DNA of 61,332 bases from Candidatus Gottesmanbacteria bacterium UBA5942. Its GTDB lineage: Bacteria > Patescibacteriota > Microgenomatia > UBA10105 > UBA927. The position numbers and the translations under genes are program-made. This document shows positions 1 through 8,241 of this stretch, piece after piece. The stretch's first letter is position 1. Each line of letters opens with the position of its first letter. The notes beneath the pieces are model-generated. The model was not told where the DNA came from. It ran no database searches and saw nothing but the letters and a program-made list of their open reading frames with translations. Location: assembly GCA_002430725.1 (NCBI GenBank), contig DJCU01000042.1:1-61332 (forward strand). Direction: 5' to 3'.

Positions 1-525
1 AATGGCGCGTTTGCTGGAATTAATGGGTCGTATTTCTGTCCCGCTGATTACCCGAGTTGTGCAGACAAGAAAAATTCTTTTGACACACTTTTAATGAATA
101 AAAACAAGGTGTATTTTAATTCCGATAATAACGTATATAGCACTGTTCCTGCAGTCATATTTCTGTCCGGCTCTATGCGTTTTGTCGGTCGTTCATTGGA
201 TTGGGGAAGGGACACAAGTCCTGATAGCATGATTGCGATGCAACCACTTCTTATGTCAGGTGGCAATATCGTGTTTGGTGGTGATGGAGATCCAAAGAAA
301 GGGAGCAAGGGAAATAGGAGTTTTGTGGGAAATAAAGGAACAACTGCTTATATTGGGGTCGTGCATAGTGCAACAGTGGCAGAAGTTGCGCATGTCTTAA
401 AAGCAATGGGACTCGAAAACGCGTTGAATTTGGATAATGGTGGCTCAACAGCATTATGGAGTGGGGGATATAAAGTCGGACCTGGAAGAAATATTCCGAA
501 TGCCATCTTGTTTGTAAGAAAGTAA
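1..525 (+). CDS. phosphodiester glycosidase (NAGPA/DUF2233-like) family protein, C-terminal part; 5' end outside window
   Basis: Frame 1 is open from nt 1 (NGAFAGINGSYFCPADYPSCADKK...) into the listed 94..525 ORF. The C-terminal LNLDNGGSTALW block is typical of this family. Confidence 0.55.
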   Translation, partial: NGAFAGINGSYFCPADYPSCADKKNSFDTLLMNKNKVYFNSDNNVYSTVPAVIFLSGSMRFVGRSLDWGRDTSPDSMIAMQPLLMSGGNIVFGGDGDPKKGSKGNRSFVGNKGTTAYIGVVHSATVAEVAHVLKAMGLENALNLDNGGSTALWSGGYKVGPGRNIPNAILFVRK

Positions 526-543
526 TGAGGGTACAATAATTAT

Positions 544-1521
544 ATGGATGAGCCACTAAAACAAAATTCTGAAAATAAATCATCGCTTTCATACGAAGAA
601 ACACCGATTATAGATCCAGTTTCGGGGGAAGTCGCATCTGATCAAGCTTCTGTGTCTGCAAGCGAGCACGAAGATGCTGCGTCTGTAGTACCTGAAGCTG
701 CTCGCGTATTTCAATCTCCTCCTGGGGTGGCCGCAAAGGACGATCCCTTGTCTGGTGACATGCATATAACGGAAGAGCATAAAAAGAAGCCAGCGAAAAA
801 AAATCATATAGGGACAATTTTATTTATCGTTATTCTTTTCGGACTTGGCGTGTGGTTGAGTAGTCAACTACGCACATTTTTTGCACCCTCAGTAGTAGAG
901 GAGACAGTCGTACCAACACTTGCGCCCGTCGCCCGTGTGAGTCCGTCAACGACAAATGTGGCAACTCCTTCCGGCGCTCTGCCATCAGGATCACGCCAGT
1001 TATATAATGTGATAAGCGGGGTAACAAAAAAACCAATTGATGGGTTAACATATCAAATGCCAAGCGAGGTAAAAGCGCCTGTGTGTGATAGTCAAAGTTG
1101 CGCATCACAGGGAACAAATTTGCCTGGTGGCACCCGCTTTACCGTTGCCGCCCGTGGGAAAGGGCAGCTACTTCCAGATTTTCGAGGCGCTATACTCACT
1201 GATGCAGCGGGGCGCGAATTTACTATGAAGCAGGGAGTATTTGGTGGGGTGTTTGCGTACGAGTATACGGGGAATTTTACCGGAAGAACCGGAGGCGGGT
1301 ATACATTTACTGCTATTCGTGGAGTACTCATGCCTGTTTCAGAGACGCTTGCAGTTGAATTTAATCATTTCGCTCCTGCTGGCATCACTTCAGATTTTGC
1401 GAGTGATGATGCTGTGTTTAATGAGATTATCGCTTCATTTAAGACAGGGATCGTAAATACTGCGACACCATCAGTAAGCTTGCCGGCAGTCACTCCTACA
1501 ACGACATCTGCAGGATTTTAA
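544..1521 (+). CDS. hypothetical membrane-anchored protein
   Basis: 325-aa ORF with an acidic/Ser-rich N-terminus, one hydrophobic helix (IGTILFIVILFGLGVWLSS) and a Thr/Pro/Ser-rich remainder. No family recognised. Confidence 0.6.
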   Translation: MDEPLKQNSENKSSLSYEETPIIDPVSGEVASDQASVSASEHEDAASVVPEAARVFQSPPGVAAKDDPLSGDMHITEEHKKKPAKKNHIGTILFIVILFGLGVWLSSQLRTFFAPSVVEETVVPTLAPVARVSPSTTNVATPSGALPSGSRQLYNVISGVTKKPIDGLTYQMPSEVKAPVCDSQSCASQGTNLPGGTRFTVAARGKGQLLPDFRGAILTDAAGREFTMKQGVFGGVFAYEYTGNFTGRTGGGYTFTAIRGVLMPVSETLAVEFNHFAPAGITSDFASDDAVFNEIIASFKTGIVNTATPSVSLPAVTPTTTSAGF

Positions 1522-1530
1522 GTATGCTGG

Positions 1531-3753
1531 TTATTTAATCCAAGGGGAAGTAATAAGCGGCGTGTTATTTGTGGAAAATTTTCGCCAGATTTCTTCGGTG
1601 ACAAATGGCATAAAGGGATGAAGAAGTGTGAGGAATGTTGTGAGTCCATCTTCAAGCGTTTGTAGCGATATCTCTTTTCGCTTTCTTTGTTCAATAGCGA
1701 TATCACAATACCAATGCCAAAATTCATTGTGAACAGTTTCTGCGGCAAGTCCTACTCGAAGCGAGTCGAGCAATTGCGTTATTGTGAGCGCCGTTTCACG
1801 TAGTTTTTTTTGGAAATTTTCATCCTCAATACCAGGTACGTCTTTTGTAGTATCAGCGTTTTGTTTTTCCATATACACGAAACGCGCTGCATTCCAAATT
1901 TTATTGGAGAAATTGCGCATGCCACGGATAGTACTTTCACCGACCGCCTTGTCCTGACCCGGGGTAGAGCTCATGACGAGGGCAATTCTCATGGCATCTG
2001 CTCCGTATTTTTCCACCATGTCGAGGGGGTTGATAACATTTCCTTTTGACTTGCTCATTTTTTGTCCCTTTTCATCACGAACCAACCCATGAAGATAGAC
2101 GGTTTTAAATGGTGATTTTCCAGTTACATAGATACCCAAAAGCATCATTCGCATTACCCAAATTGGTAAAATATCGTAGCCCGTTTCCATAACAGATGTA
2201 GGATAGAATTTCTTAAATAAAGCATCTCCGTTGGCCTCAAGCGTTACGACTGGCCACTGACCGGAGGAAAACCACGTGTCGAATGTGTCGGTTTCCTGTA
2301 TCCATACACCATCCATTGTGGGTTTATCGATGCTTACTACCCATGGTGGACTGTCGGTGTCAGATCCCACGCTCGCGTCAATATGTTGAAGGTTTTTGGC
2401 AATATGCTCATAACCAAATTCGCCTACCCACTGAGAGAGGAGTCCCTGTCTTTGTTTTTTCTCATGATCGAGGAAACTTACCGTAATTTGATGTTCGTGC
2501 CCTTTTGCGTTGTACCAAACAGGAATGCGAATGCCCCATACGATTTGACGACTTATATTCCAGTCGCGGATATTCGTAAGCCAATGACGAAGTATTTTAT
2601 CCTGACCAGCTCCCATCACTGTCGTTTCATTGGTATCCAGTGCGCGAAGCGCTCCTTCAACAAGCGGTTTAGTCTTTATAAAAAACTGAGTGAGTGGCAG
2701 CGGCTCAAGGACTATTTTACATCGGTAACACACGCCAACGTTGTGCGTGTATGTTTCACTTGGTTTTGCAAGGAGGCCTTTTTTATCAAGATCTTTTTCA
2801 ATGATATCCCGAGCAGCTTTAATTTTCATGCCTGCGTACGGGCCTGCAATAGCGGTAAGACGCCCCTGTTTGTCGATGACCTGTAACGGAGCAGGTATTT
2901 CATGTATGTGTCGTTGCCATACGTCAAAATCATTAAAATCATGGTAGGGTGTTATTTTTACCACACCAGTGCCAAACTCCGGATCGACATAGTCGTCAGC
3001 GATAACTTTCAGTTTGAATGTGCCTAATAATCCTTCGACAGCGACCTCTTGACCTATGTAGTTTTTATAGCGCTTGTCCTTTGGATGAACGGCAACTGCA
3101 GTGTCTGCGAATTTTGTTTCCGGACGGGTAGTTGCGAGTACAAATGGTCCGTATTTAATGAAGTAGAGCTTTGTCGTTTCTTCTACATGTTCCACTTCAA
3201 GTTCCGAATATCCTGTGCCGCATTTGGTGCAGTAGTTAATAAGCTTTTGTCCGCGATATATAAGGTTGTCATGATAGAGTTTAATAAATGTTTCTAATAC
3301 TCTTATGACAATGTCTGGGTCAAGGGTGAATTTAAATGTATTCCAATCAGCGGATGCGCCGAGTTTTTTCATTTGATTGACTGCAACACCCGAATTTTCC
3401 TGTACGTAATCCCATATCATCTTGTAAAGCGTTTCACGATCAAAGTTAAACCGACTTTTATCTTGTTTGGCGAGCTTTTTTTCAAATACAAATTGTGTTT
3501 CGATACCGGCATGATCAGTACCGGGCAACCAGAGTGTGCTGTCGCCCTTCATCCGGTGGTATCGAATAAGGATGTCTTCGATCGTGATAAACAGCGCGTG
3601 GCCGATATGCAACGGATCATTTGCATTTGGCGGTGGCATAATAATGGTAAACGGTTTTGAAGAGGGATTGTTGTTGGGTGCAAAGAAACCACCGGATTCC
3701 CACATCTGGTAAATAGCCTCTTCTACCGCTTTTGGATCAAAGTTTTTGTCCAT
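1531..3753 (-). CDS. valS: valine--tRNA ligase
   Basis: Class I aaRS motifs HIGH (PLHIGHAL) and KMSKS, plus the ValRS-like block TTRPETKFADTAVAVHP. I place the start at ATG 3753 (MDKNFDP...), directly after the leader terminator, not at the GTG at 3768 used by the ORF track. Confidence 0.9.
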   Translation of the reverse strand: MDKNFDPKAVEEAIYQMWESGGFFAPNNNPSSKPFTIIMPPPNANDPLHIGHALFITIEDILIRYHRMKGDSTLWLPGTDHAGIETQFVFEKKLAKQDKSRFNFDRETLYKMIWDYVQENSGVAVNQMKKLGASADWNTFKFTLDPDIVIRVLETFIKLYHDNLIYRGQKLINYCTKCGTGYSELEVEHVEETTKLYFIKYGPFVLATTRPETKFADTAVAVHPKDKRYKNYIGQEVAVEGLLGTFKLKVIADDYVDPEFGTGVVKITPYHDFNDFDVWQRHIHEIPAPLQVIDKQGRLTAIAGPYAGMKIKAARDIIEKDLDKKGLLAKPSETYTHNVGVCYRCKIVLEPLPLTQFFIKTKPLVEGALRALDTNETTVMGAGQDKILRHWLTNIRDWNISRQIVWGIRIPVWYNAKGHEHQITVSFLDHEKKQRQGLLSQWVGEFGYEHIAKNLQHIDASVGSDTDSPPWVVSIDKPTMDGVWIQETDTFDTWFSSGQWPVVTLEANGDALFKKFYPTSVMETGYDILPIWVMRMMLLGIYVTGKSPFKTVYLHGLVRDEKGQKMSKSKGNVINPLDMVEKYGADAMRIALVMSSTPGQDKAVGESTIRGMRNFSNKIWNAARFVYMEKQNADTTKDVPGIEDENFQKKLRETALTITQLLDSLRVGLAAETVHNEFWHWYCDIAIEQRKRKEISLQTLEDGLTTFLTLLHPFMPFVTEEIWRKFSTNNTPLITSPWIK

Positions 3754-3950
3754 AAAAAAACTCGTCACTTATATCTTACTATAAGGACGAGTTAGCTGCA
3801 GTTATGCGAACGCTAATACGTGGTACCACCTTACTTGCTTCTCGTACTGCTGTTACGGGCTTACCCGTTCTGATTACTGATCAACAATGAGATATGTTGC
3901 TGACGTTCGTACAGATGGCTCGTCTGATGACTGGTCAGACTCAGGCGCCT
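3754..3950 (-). promoter_or_regulatory. T-box riboswitch leader of valS (tRNA-Val-type UGGU bulge)
   Basis: The minus strand reads AAGUAAGGUGGUACCACG (reverse complement of 3819..3830), matching the T-box core. UAAGG can pair with CCUUA to form an antiterminator around a UGGUACC bulge. The competing terminator is ACUCGUCCUUAU..AUAAGUGACGAGU followed by U7, ending immediately before the ATG. A candidate specifier GAAC-GUC-A is the reverse complement of 3902..3904. Confidence 0.75.
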
Positions 3951-3970
3951 TGTATAGTATACAAACCAAT

Positions 3971-4831
3971 TTATAGTTCGTCTAGCTTTACGTGATCTGT
4001 CTGTTTGTCTTTGATGAATTCGAGATACTTTTCAGTTGTTGATAAGCGCTTATGACCGACCAATTTGCTTATGGTGGTAATTGGTGTTCCTGCCATCAGG
4101 TGATGGGCGATAAAGGTATGACGAAGATCATTTACCTTTGCGTCTTCTATGCCGGCAACTTTGAAATATCGATCAATAGCGGTTCTAATGTTGCGAATAA
4201 GGAGAGGACGACCTGTTTTTGTAATAAATAACGCATGGGATTTTGTGTCGTTGTTTCGTGCCTTAAGCCAGCTATCTAATGCTTCTCGACCAGCGCGATT
4301 TAAGGGAACCATGCGTTCTTCATGTCCTTCCTGTGCTGTGACGTGTAGTTCACTTGGACGAACATCTTCTACCATGAGGTTTGCAAGCTCTCCGATTCGA
4401 AGACCTGTCTGAAGGAAAAGTTCTACAATTGCATGTGTTCGCACATCGCTTCGACATGCATCACGTAAGGCGCGATATTCCAGTTTGGAGAGTATCCGAG
4501 GAGGTTTAATTTCATATTTAGGATGCTCAATGTCACTTGCAGGATCTGAAGCGAGCACTCCAGTCGTTTTAAGGAATCGGTAAAATGTTTTCATGGAGTT
4601 GATTTTTCGAGAAATTGACTTTGGGGTATAGCTGTCGGCGGCAAGCTTTTTTAAGAAAGCCTCAAGCTCCTCACGAGCAACGGTTGTTATTTCTTTTTTG
4701 CCTGCATTCGTAAGGAACGCCACAAGCTGCTCGATATCCTTGCTGTATGCTACGATGGTAGCGTGGGCACGGCGGCGTGATTGGAGGTATTCAACGAATT
4801 GTTTGTGAGCGCCTTTTAAGTCGAGTGTCAT
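3971..4831 (-). CDS. tyrosine site-specific recombinase (XerC/XerD-like)
   Basis: 286 aa with a SAM-like N-terminal domain. The catalytic region has R..(LRHTFIAHHL)..(GHKRLSTTEKY), the typical R-H-R-Y recombinase signature. Confidence 0.85.
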   Translation of the reverse strand: MTLDLKGAHKQFVEYLQSRRRAHATIVAYSKDIEQLVAFLTNAGKKEITTVAREELEAFLKKLAADSYTPKSISRKINSMKTFYRFLKTTGVLASDPASDIEHPKYEIKPPRILSKLEYRALRDACRSDVRTHAIVELFLQTGLRIGELANLMVEDVRPSELHVTAQEGHEERMVPLNRAGREALDSWLKARNNDTKSHALFITKTGRPLLIRNIRTAIDRYFKVAGIEDAKVNDLRHTFIAHHLMAGTPITTISKLVGHKRLSTTEKYLEFIKDKQTDHVKLDEL

Positions 4832-4946
4832 GGTAAATACATTAAAAAGCTAGAGCCGTCTCAGCCTGAGACAGGGAGAAAGGATAACGGTCTATAGCCA
4901 ATTTATTAAAGCCTATAATATCACATACAAGACCTTAACGCAACGT

Positions 4947-5306
4947 ATGCAACCAAGACAGCCTCAAATAGGGAAAATAGTTGTGTGGATAATTAGCCTC
5001 ATTTTGTGCCTAAGTGCCGGTGGCACGATCGTCAACCTGTGGGCACGTCGTGGGATTGTGAGTGAACGGGAGGCTGATCTTGCACGTTTACAACAAGAAA
5101 ACAAAACACTGGAAAATGCGCTACAAGACGCCCGCGGTGAACAATTTGTGGAGAGGGTGGCAAGGGACAAGTTGGGGATGGTTAAACCGGGGGAAACGAT
5201 CGTTATTATGCCTGACTCCGCTGGTAATGAAATAAACGCTGCTCATAATAACAGCAATACTGCGTATTGGCGGCAGTGGTGGGGAATTTTTTTTGATATC
5301 GAGTAA
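4947..5306 (+). CDS. septum formation initiator (FtsB/DivIC-like) protein
   Basis: An N-terminal TM helix, a coiled-coil segment (LARLQQENKTLENALQD) and the conserved ARDKLGMVKPGE block. Confidence 0.7.
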   Translation: MQPRQPQIGKIVVWIISLILCLSAGGTIVNLWARRGIVSEREADLARLQQENKTLENALQDARGEQFVERVARDKLGMVKPGETIVIMPDSAGNEINAAHNNSNTAYWRQWWGIFFDIE

Positions 5307-5316
5307 CGTGTTTGTT

Positions 5317-5391
5317 TGGTGCCAGCGGCAGGGATCGGACCTGCGACAAATGCCTTATGAAGACACTGCTCTACCACTGAGCTACGCTGGC
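5317..5391 (-). tRNA. tRNA with CAU anticodon (elongator Met, or Ile2 if lysidinylated); CCA encoded
   Basis: The reverse complement folds as a cloverleaf: GCCAGCG/CGCUGGC acceptor stem, anticodon loop UUCAUAA, T stem GCAGG/CCUGC, 3' ACCA. The G1-C72 pair argues against an initiator. Confidence 0.85.
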
Positions 5392-5584
5392 GTGAGTCTT
5401 CATATTTTATCAGATTAGAGCCGGAAGGGAAATGAGATTAGTTTATTCCAAAGAGCCAGATGAGGAGATTAGCGTAGTGAAATGATATAATGACAATATC
5501 CATAACCTTTCTGTTCGTATGCTGTTTTTTATAAGTTCAAATAGGTACGTGATAGATAGGATAGGCGGGAGGTGAATGTAGAGT

Positions 5585-6019
5585 ATGGCAGCTAAATTAT
5601 TTGTTGGAGGATTATCTTGGGATACGACAGAAGACACGCTTCGCAATCATTTTGCGCAAGTTGGACCGGTCGCAAGTGCGCAGGTTATTACCGATAAGTT
5701 TACGGGGAAGTCCCGAGGATTCGGTTTTGTCGAAATGACAAGTCCAGATGACGCACAAAAAGCGATTGCCGATTTGAATGGTTCACAATTAGATGGAAGA
5801 TCTATTGTGGTCAATGAAGCTAAGCCGATGGCCCCTCGCGAAAATCGAGGTGGTGGAGGCGGCTACCGAGGAGGTGGCGGCGGATTTGGAGGTGGCAGTC
5901 GTGGCGGTGGTTCAAGAGGTGGATACGGTGGTGGCGGACGACGAGAAGACCGAGGTGGTCGCGGCGGATTTGACCGGCGCGATAATCGCGGAGACGATCG
6001 TGGAGGACGCGACTGGTAA
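5585..6019 (+). CDS. RRM-domain RNA-binding protein with Gly/Arg-rich (RGG) tail
   Basis: RNP2 (KLFVGGL) and RNP1 (RGFGFVEM) motifs, and a C-terminal GGGGYRGGGGGFGGGSRGGGSRGGYGGGGRR tail. Confidence 0.85.
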   Translation: MAAKLFVGGLSWDTTEDTLRNHFAQVGPVASAQVITDKFTGKSRGFGFVEMTSPDDAQKAIADLNGSQLDGRSIVVNEAKPMAPRENRGGGGGYRGGGGGFGGGSRGGGSRGGYGGGGRREDRGGRGGFDRRDNRGDDRGGRDW

Positions 6020-6044
6020 GAGTACTTTTTGAATTCAAAAAGAA

Positions 6045-6078
6045 AAACCATCCTGGGGTAACCTTGGGTGGTTTTTTG
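6045..6078. terminator. hairpin plus T-run between convergent genes
   Basis: AAACCATCC..GGGTGGTTT stem followed by TTTT. It is preceded by an 18-nt perfect palindrome, CTTTTTGAATTCAAAAAG, at 6025..6042. Confidence 0.5.
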
Positions 6079-6082
6079 ATGG

Positions 6083-6328
6083 CTATAGCACAAGTTTTAG
6101 GGTAGCTATTTTTTTGGTTCGCGACCAAGATTTTATTTCTATTTCCCGTTTGAGAGCGTTTGATTTTGTTTTAGCTTGCTCCGTATAAATGATGCGCACT
6201 GGCTTATGAGATCGTGTATATGAGCTTGCAATACCGGCTTGGTGAGCTACCAAGCGCCTGTTAAGGTTATTTGTAATACCTGTATAGAGGCTGTTGTCTT
6301 GGCAAAGAATGATATAAATGAACCACAT
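6083..6328 (-). CDS. GIY-YIG nuclease family protein
   Basis: 81 aa starting MWFIYIILCQDNSLYTGITNNLNRRLVAH, the GIY-YIG/URI signature. Confidence 0.8.
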   Translation of the reverse strand: MWFIYIILCQDNSLYTGITNNLNRRLVAHQAGIASSYTRSHKPVRIIYTEQAKTKSNALKREIEIKSWSRTKKIATLKLVL

Positions 6329-6399
6329 TAATTGTATTATACTCAGCTTGAGGCTAATCTCTCATTCTGATATACTCAAATCAGTTTGAGTTAAGAAAC

Positions 6400-6469
6400 C
6401 GCGGGGTAGTGTAAAGTTGCACAGGAGGCTCATAATCTCCTAGGCCGGGTGCGATTCCCGGCCCCGCAA
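6400..6469 (+). tRNA. initiator-like tRNA-Met (CAU); CCA not encoded
   Basis: The 5' CGCGGGG and 3' CCCCGCAA give the bacterial initiator C1xA72 mismatch. Anticodon loop is CUCAUAA. It has a short 6-nt D-loop and an unusual T-loop, UGCGAUU. Confidence 0.7.
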
Positions 6470-6543
6470 CACAAGACGTTTCGAAGCTATTGCTTTTTTC
6501 TTCTATGGAATTTTTTTCTGAATAATGGAGTATACTAGTCGAT

Positions 6544-7530
6544 ATGGGTGTTTTTCAGCCTTATCTCGAGGTGACGACTACAGCAGGATGTTCTAACACC
6601 TGTTCGTTTTGTCCTCAGCGCTTAACACTTCTCCGAGCACGCGAACTTCATTCACCGATATTGATGACATTTGAGGTATTTAAGGAATGTGTTGATAAAG
6701 TGCCAAAAACGGTTCGCATTGGTTTTGGAGGATTATCCGAGCCGTTCCAGAACCCGCGCTGTTTGGATATGATTGCTTACGTTAAAAAGATGGGGTACGA
6801 GGTTACGGTATATTCTACGTTGGCTCGTCTAACCGAGGAGGGAGTGGTAAAGCTTTTCAAATTACTTTCGTTGTCACCTGAGGGCACTGATAAGCTAATT
6901 ATTCATGTGTCATCCGATGAAATGATTGAGCGTATTCCGGTAAATGAAACAGCAGTGAAAGTAATGGAAATTGCGGTTCAGCACATAACACCAAACGTGA
7001 GTTTCCATTTTCATGGAAAATCAGTCCATGCGAAGCTTCGACCAATATTTCAGAAAGTTGGGATTGAACACCAACCAATTCATACGCGAGCTGGTTTGAA
7101 TCCTATGTTACGTGGTCGTAAAGTAAAACGACTTCGGGGTAGGTTGGCGTGCCCTCTCCATCTTATAAGCAATATTCTTGTTCCTTCTGGGGATGTACTC
7201 GTGTGTTGTCAGGATTTTGGTATGAAACATATAATCGGAAATCTTCGCACAGATAGTTACAGGTCTCTTTTTTCGAGCAAGGGTATGATGGTGGTGAAAA
7301 AGGGCCTAGAAGACGAGCGAATAGATACGCTTTGTCGAACCTGCGATTGGGCTATTAATGCCAATGCCGCAGCGCATTTTTATAATGCACCAAGGTTGAG
7401 GGATCGGATTTTTATGGGAGCAAAAATTGGTTTATATCGAACTTCACCCCCTCTTTACCGTTTACTTCGGAATTTTTTGGGGACAGATATAGGTTCTACC
7501 GATGAACAATTGAAGCGATTTTATTCCTGA
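6544..7530 (+). CDS. radical SAM protein with C-terminal Cys-rich (SPASM-like) region
   Basis: CSNTCSFC (CxxxCxxC) lies near the N-terminus. Further Cys residues follow (CPLH, VCCQD, CRTCDW). Confidence 0.75.
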   Translation: MGVFQPYLEVTTTAGCSNTCSFCPQRLTLLRARELHSPILMTFEVFKECVDKVPKTVRIGFGGLSEPFQNPRCLDMIAYVKKMGYEVTVYSTLARLTEEGVVKLFKLLSLSPEGTDKLIIHVSSDEMIERIPVNETAVKVMEIAVQHITPNVSFHFHGKSVHAKLRPIFQKVGIEHQPIHTRAGLNPMLRGRKVKRLRGRLACPLHLISNILVPSGDVLVCCQDFGMKHIIGNLRTDSYRSLFSSKGMMVVKKGLEDERIDTLCRTCDWAINANAAAHFYNAPRLRDRIFMGAKIGLYRTSPPLYRLLRNFLGTDIGSTDEQLKRFYS

Positions 7531-7546
7531 ATTGATGGCGAGTTAG

Positions 7547-7813
7547 TTACCTGCTTTTTTGTTTATATTTAATGATTATCGGAGCAAGGTACATAATTAT
7601 TCCCGTTACTAGTTGTAAACCAAAAGCTATCGCAAAGTATGTTGCTGTTTTGTAGTGGAGTGATAGCGCAGCACCCTGGTCTACTACTGAAAACAGTGTG
7701 GGATACCTCATAGCAAGACCAGTAAGCATTTGTATTAGCCCAAAAATGATGACAAACAATAGCAATAAACGATGAATTTTTCGTGCGTAATAGGAGAGTT
7801 TGCTCATGTCCAT
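7547..7813 (-). CDS. small hypothetical membrane protein
   Basis: 88 aa with three hydrophobic helices. No family recognised. Confidence 0.5.
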   Translation of the reverse strand: MDMSKLSYYARKIHRLLLLFVIIFGLIQMLTGLAMRYPTLFSVVDQGAALSLHYKTATYFAIAFGLQLVTGIIMYLAPIIIKYKQKSR

Positions 7814-7859
7814 ATATCTATTGTATCAAGACAATACCATTTTTTACATTGACTGATTG

Positions 7860-8178
7860 TGGTATACTACCGTTTACAAGTGAATAAAAGCGTTGATCCG
7901 GAGGGTTGGAACCGGGTCAGTCCCGATAATATCGGGACAAGCTGACTCTTAAATCAAGTACGGAGCCGAAACCGTAAAAAGACAGGAGCGAGTGTCGAAA
8001 GGTTCGGAGCTCGTCAAGAATGAGGTTATTCTCACCTGACGTCCCGCTTTTGAGCGGGATTTTTTGTGAGAATAACAAATAGTAGGGTGGCACCGTTATC
8101 CGCTAGCTGGCGGAGACCCCTGCAAGTTTTTTACCCGTCTTTTATGGCGGACTAAACGATTTGCAGGGGTTTTTTTAT
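7860..8178 (+). promoter_or_regulatory. T-box riboswitch leader (UGGC bulge, consistent with tRNA-Trp) with an extended -10 promoter
   Basis: TGG-TATACT extended -10 at 7860..7868. A long stem III pairs 8025..8035 with 8066..8076. The T-box core AGGGUGGCACCG is at 8084..8095, and UAGGG can pair with CCCUG. The terminator pairs CCCCUGCAA (8117..8125) with UUGCAGGGG (8161..8169), followed by U7. The only UGG followed by a purine upstream is at 7907..7910. Confidence 0.65.
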
Positions 8179-8241
8179 TGTTTTTTTAGAAAGGAGTATC
8201 TATGTCAAAAGAACGTATGGGGATGGATAGAACGAAGGTGT

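Noticed and set aside
3971-5391. Tyrosine recombinase near a tRNA gene, as a possible integrative-element boundary.
   Set aside because: I found no direct repeat of the tRNA 3' end and no phage or conjugation genes. The neighbours are housekeeping genes (valS, ftsB-like). A chromosomal Xer-type dimer-resolution recombinase is the simpler reading.
5793-6128. Overlapping ORFs 5793..6032 (+), 5820..6128 (-) and 5863..6093 (-, Pro/Arg-rich).
   Set aside because: They are alternative-frame or antisense readings of the GGN-repeat tract that encodes the RGG tail of the RRM protein. They are low-complexity artefacts.
8041-8066. Hairpin GTCCCGC-ttttga-GCGGGAT followed by TTTTT, which looks like an intrinsic terminator upstream of the T-box core.
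   Set aside because: It is nested inside a perfect 11-bp outer stem (8025..8035 with 8066..8076). It is therefore better read as the tip of T-box stem III than as an independent terminator.
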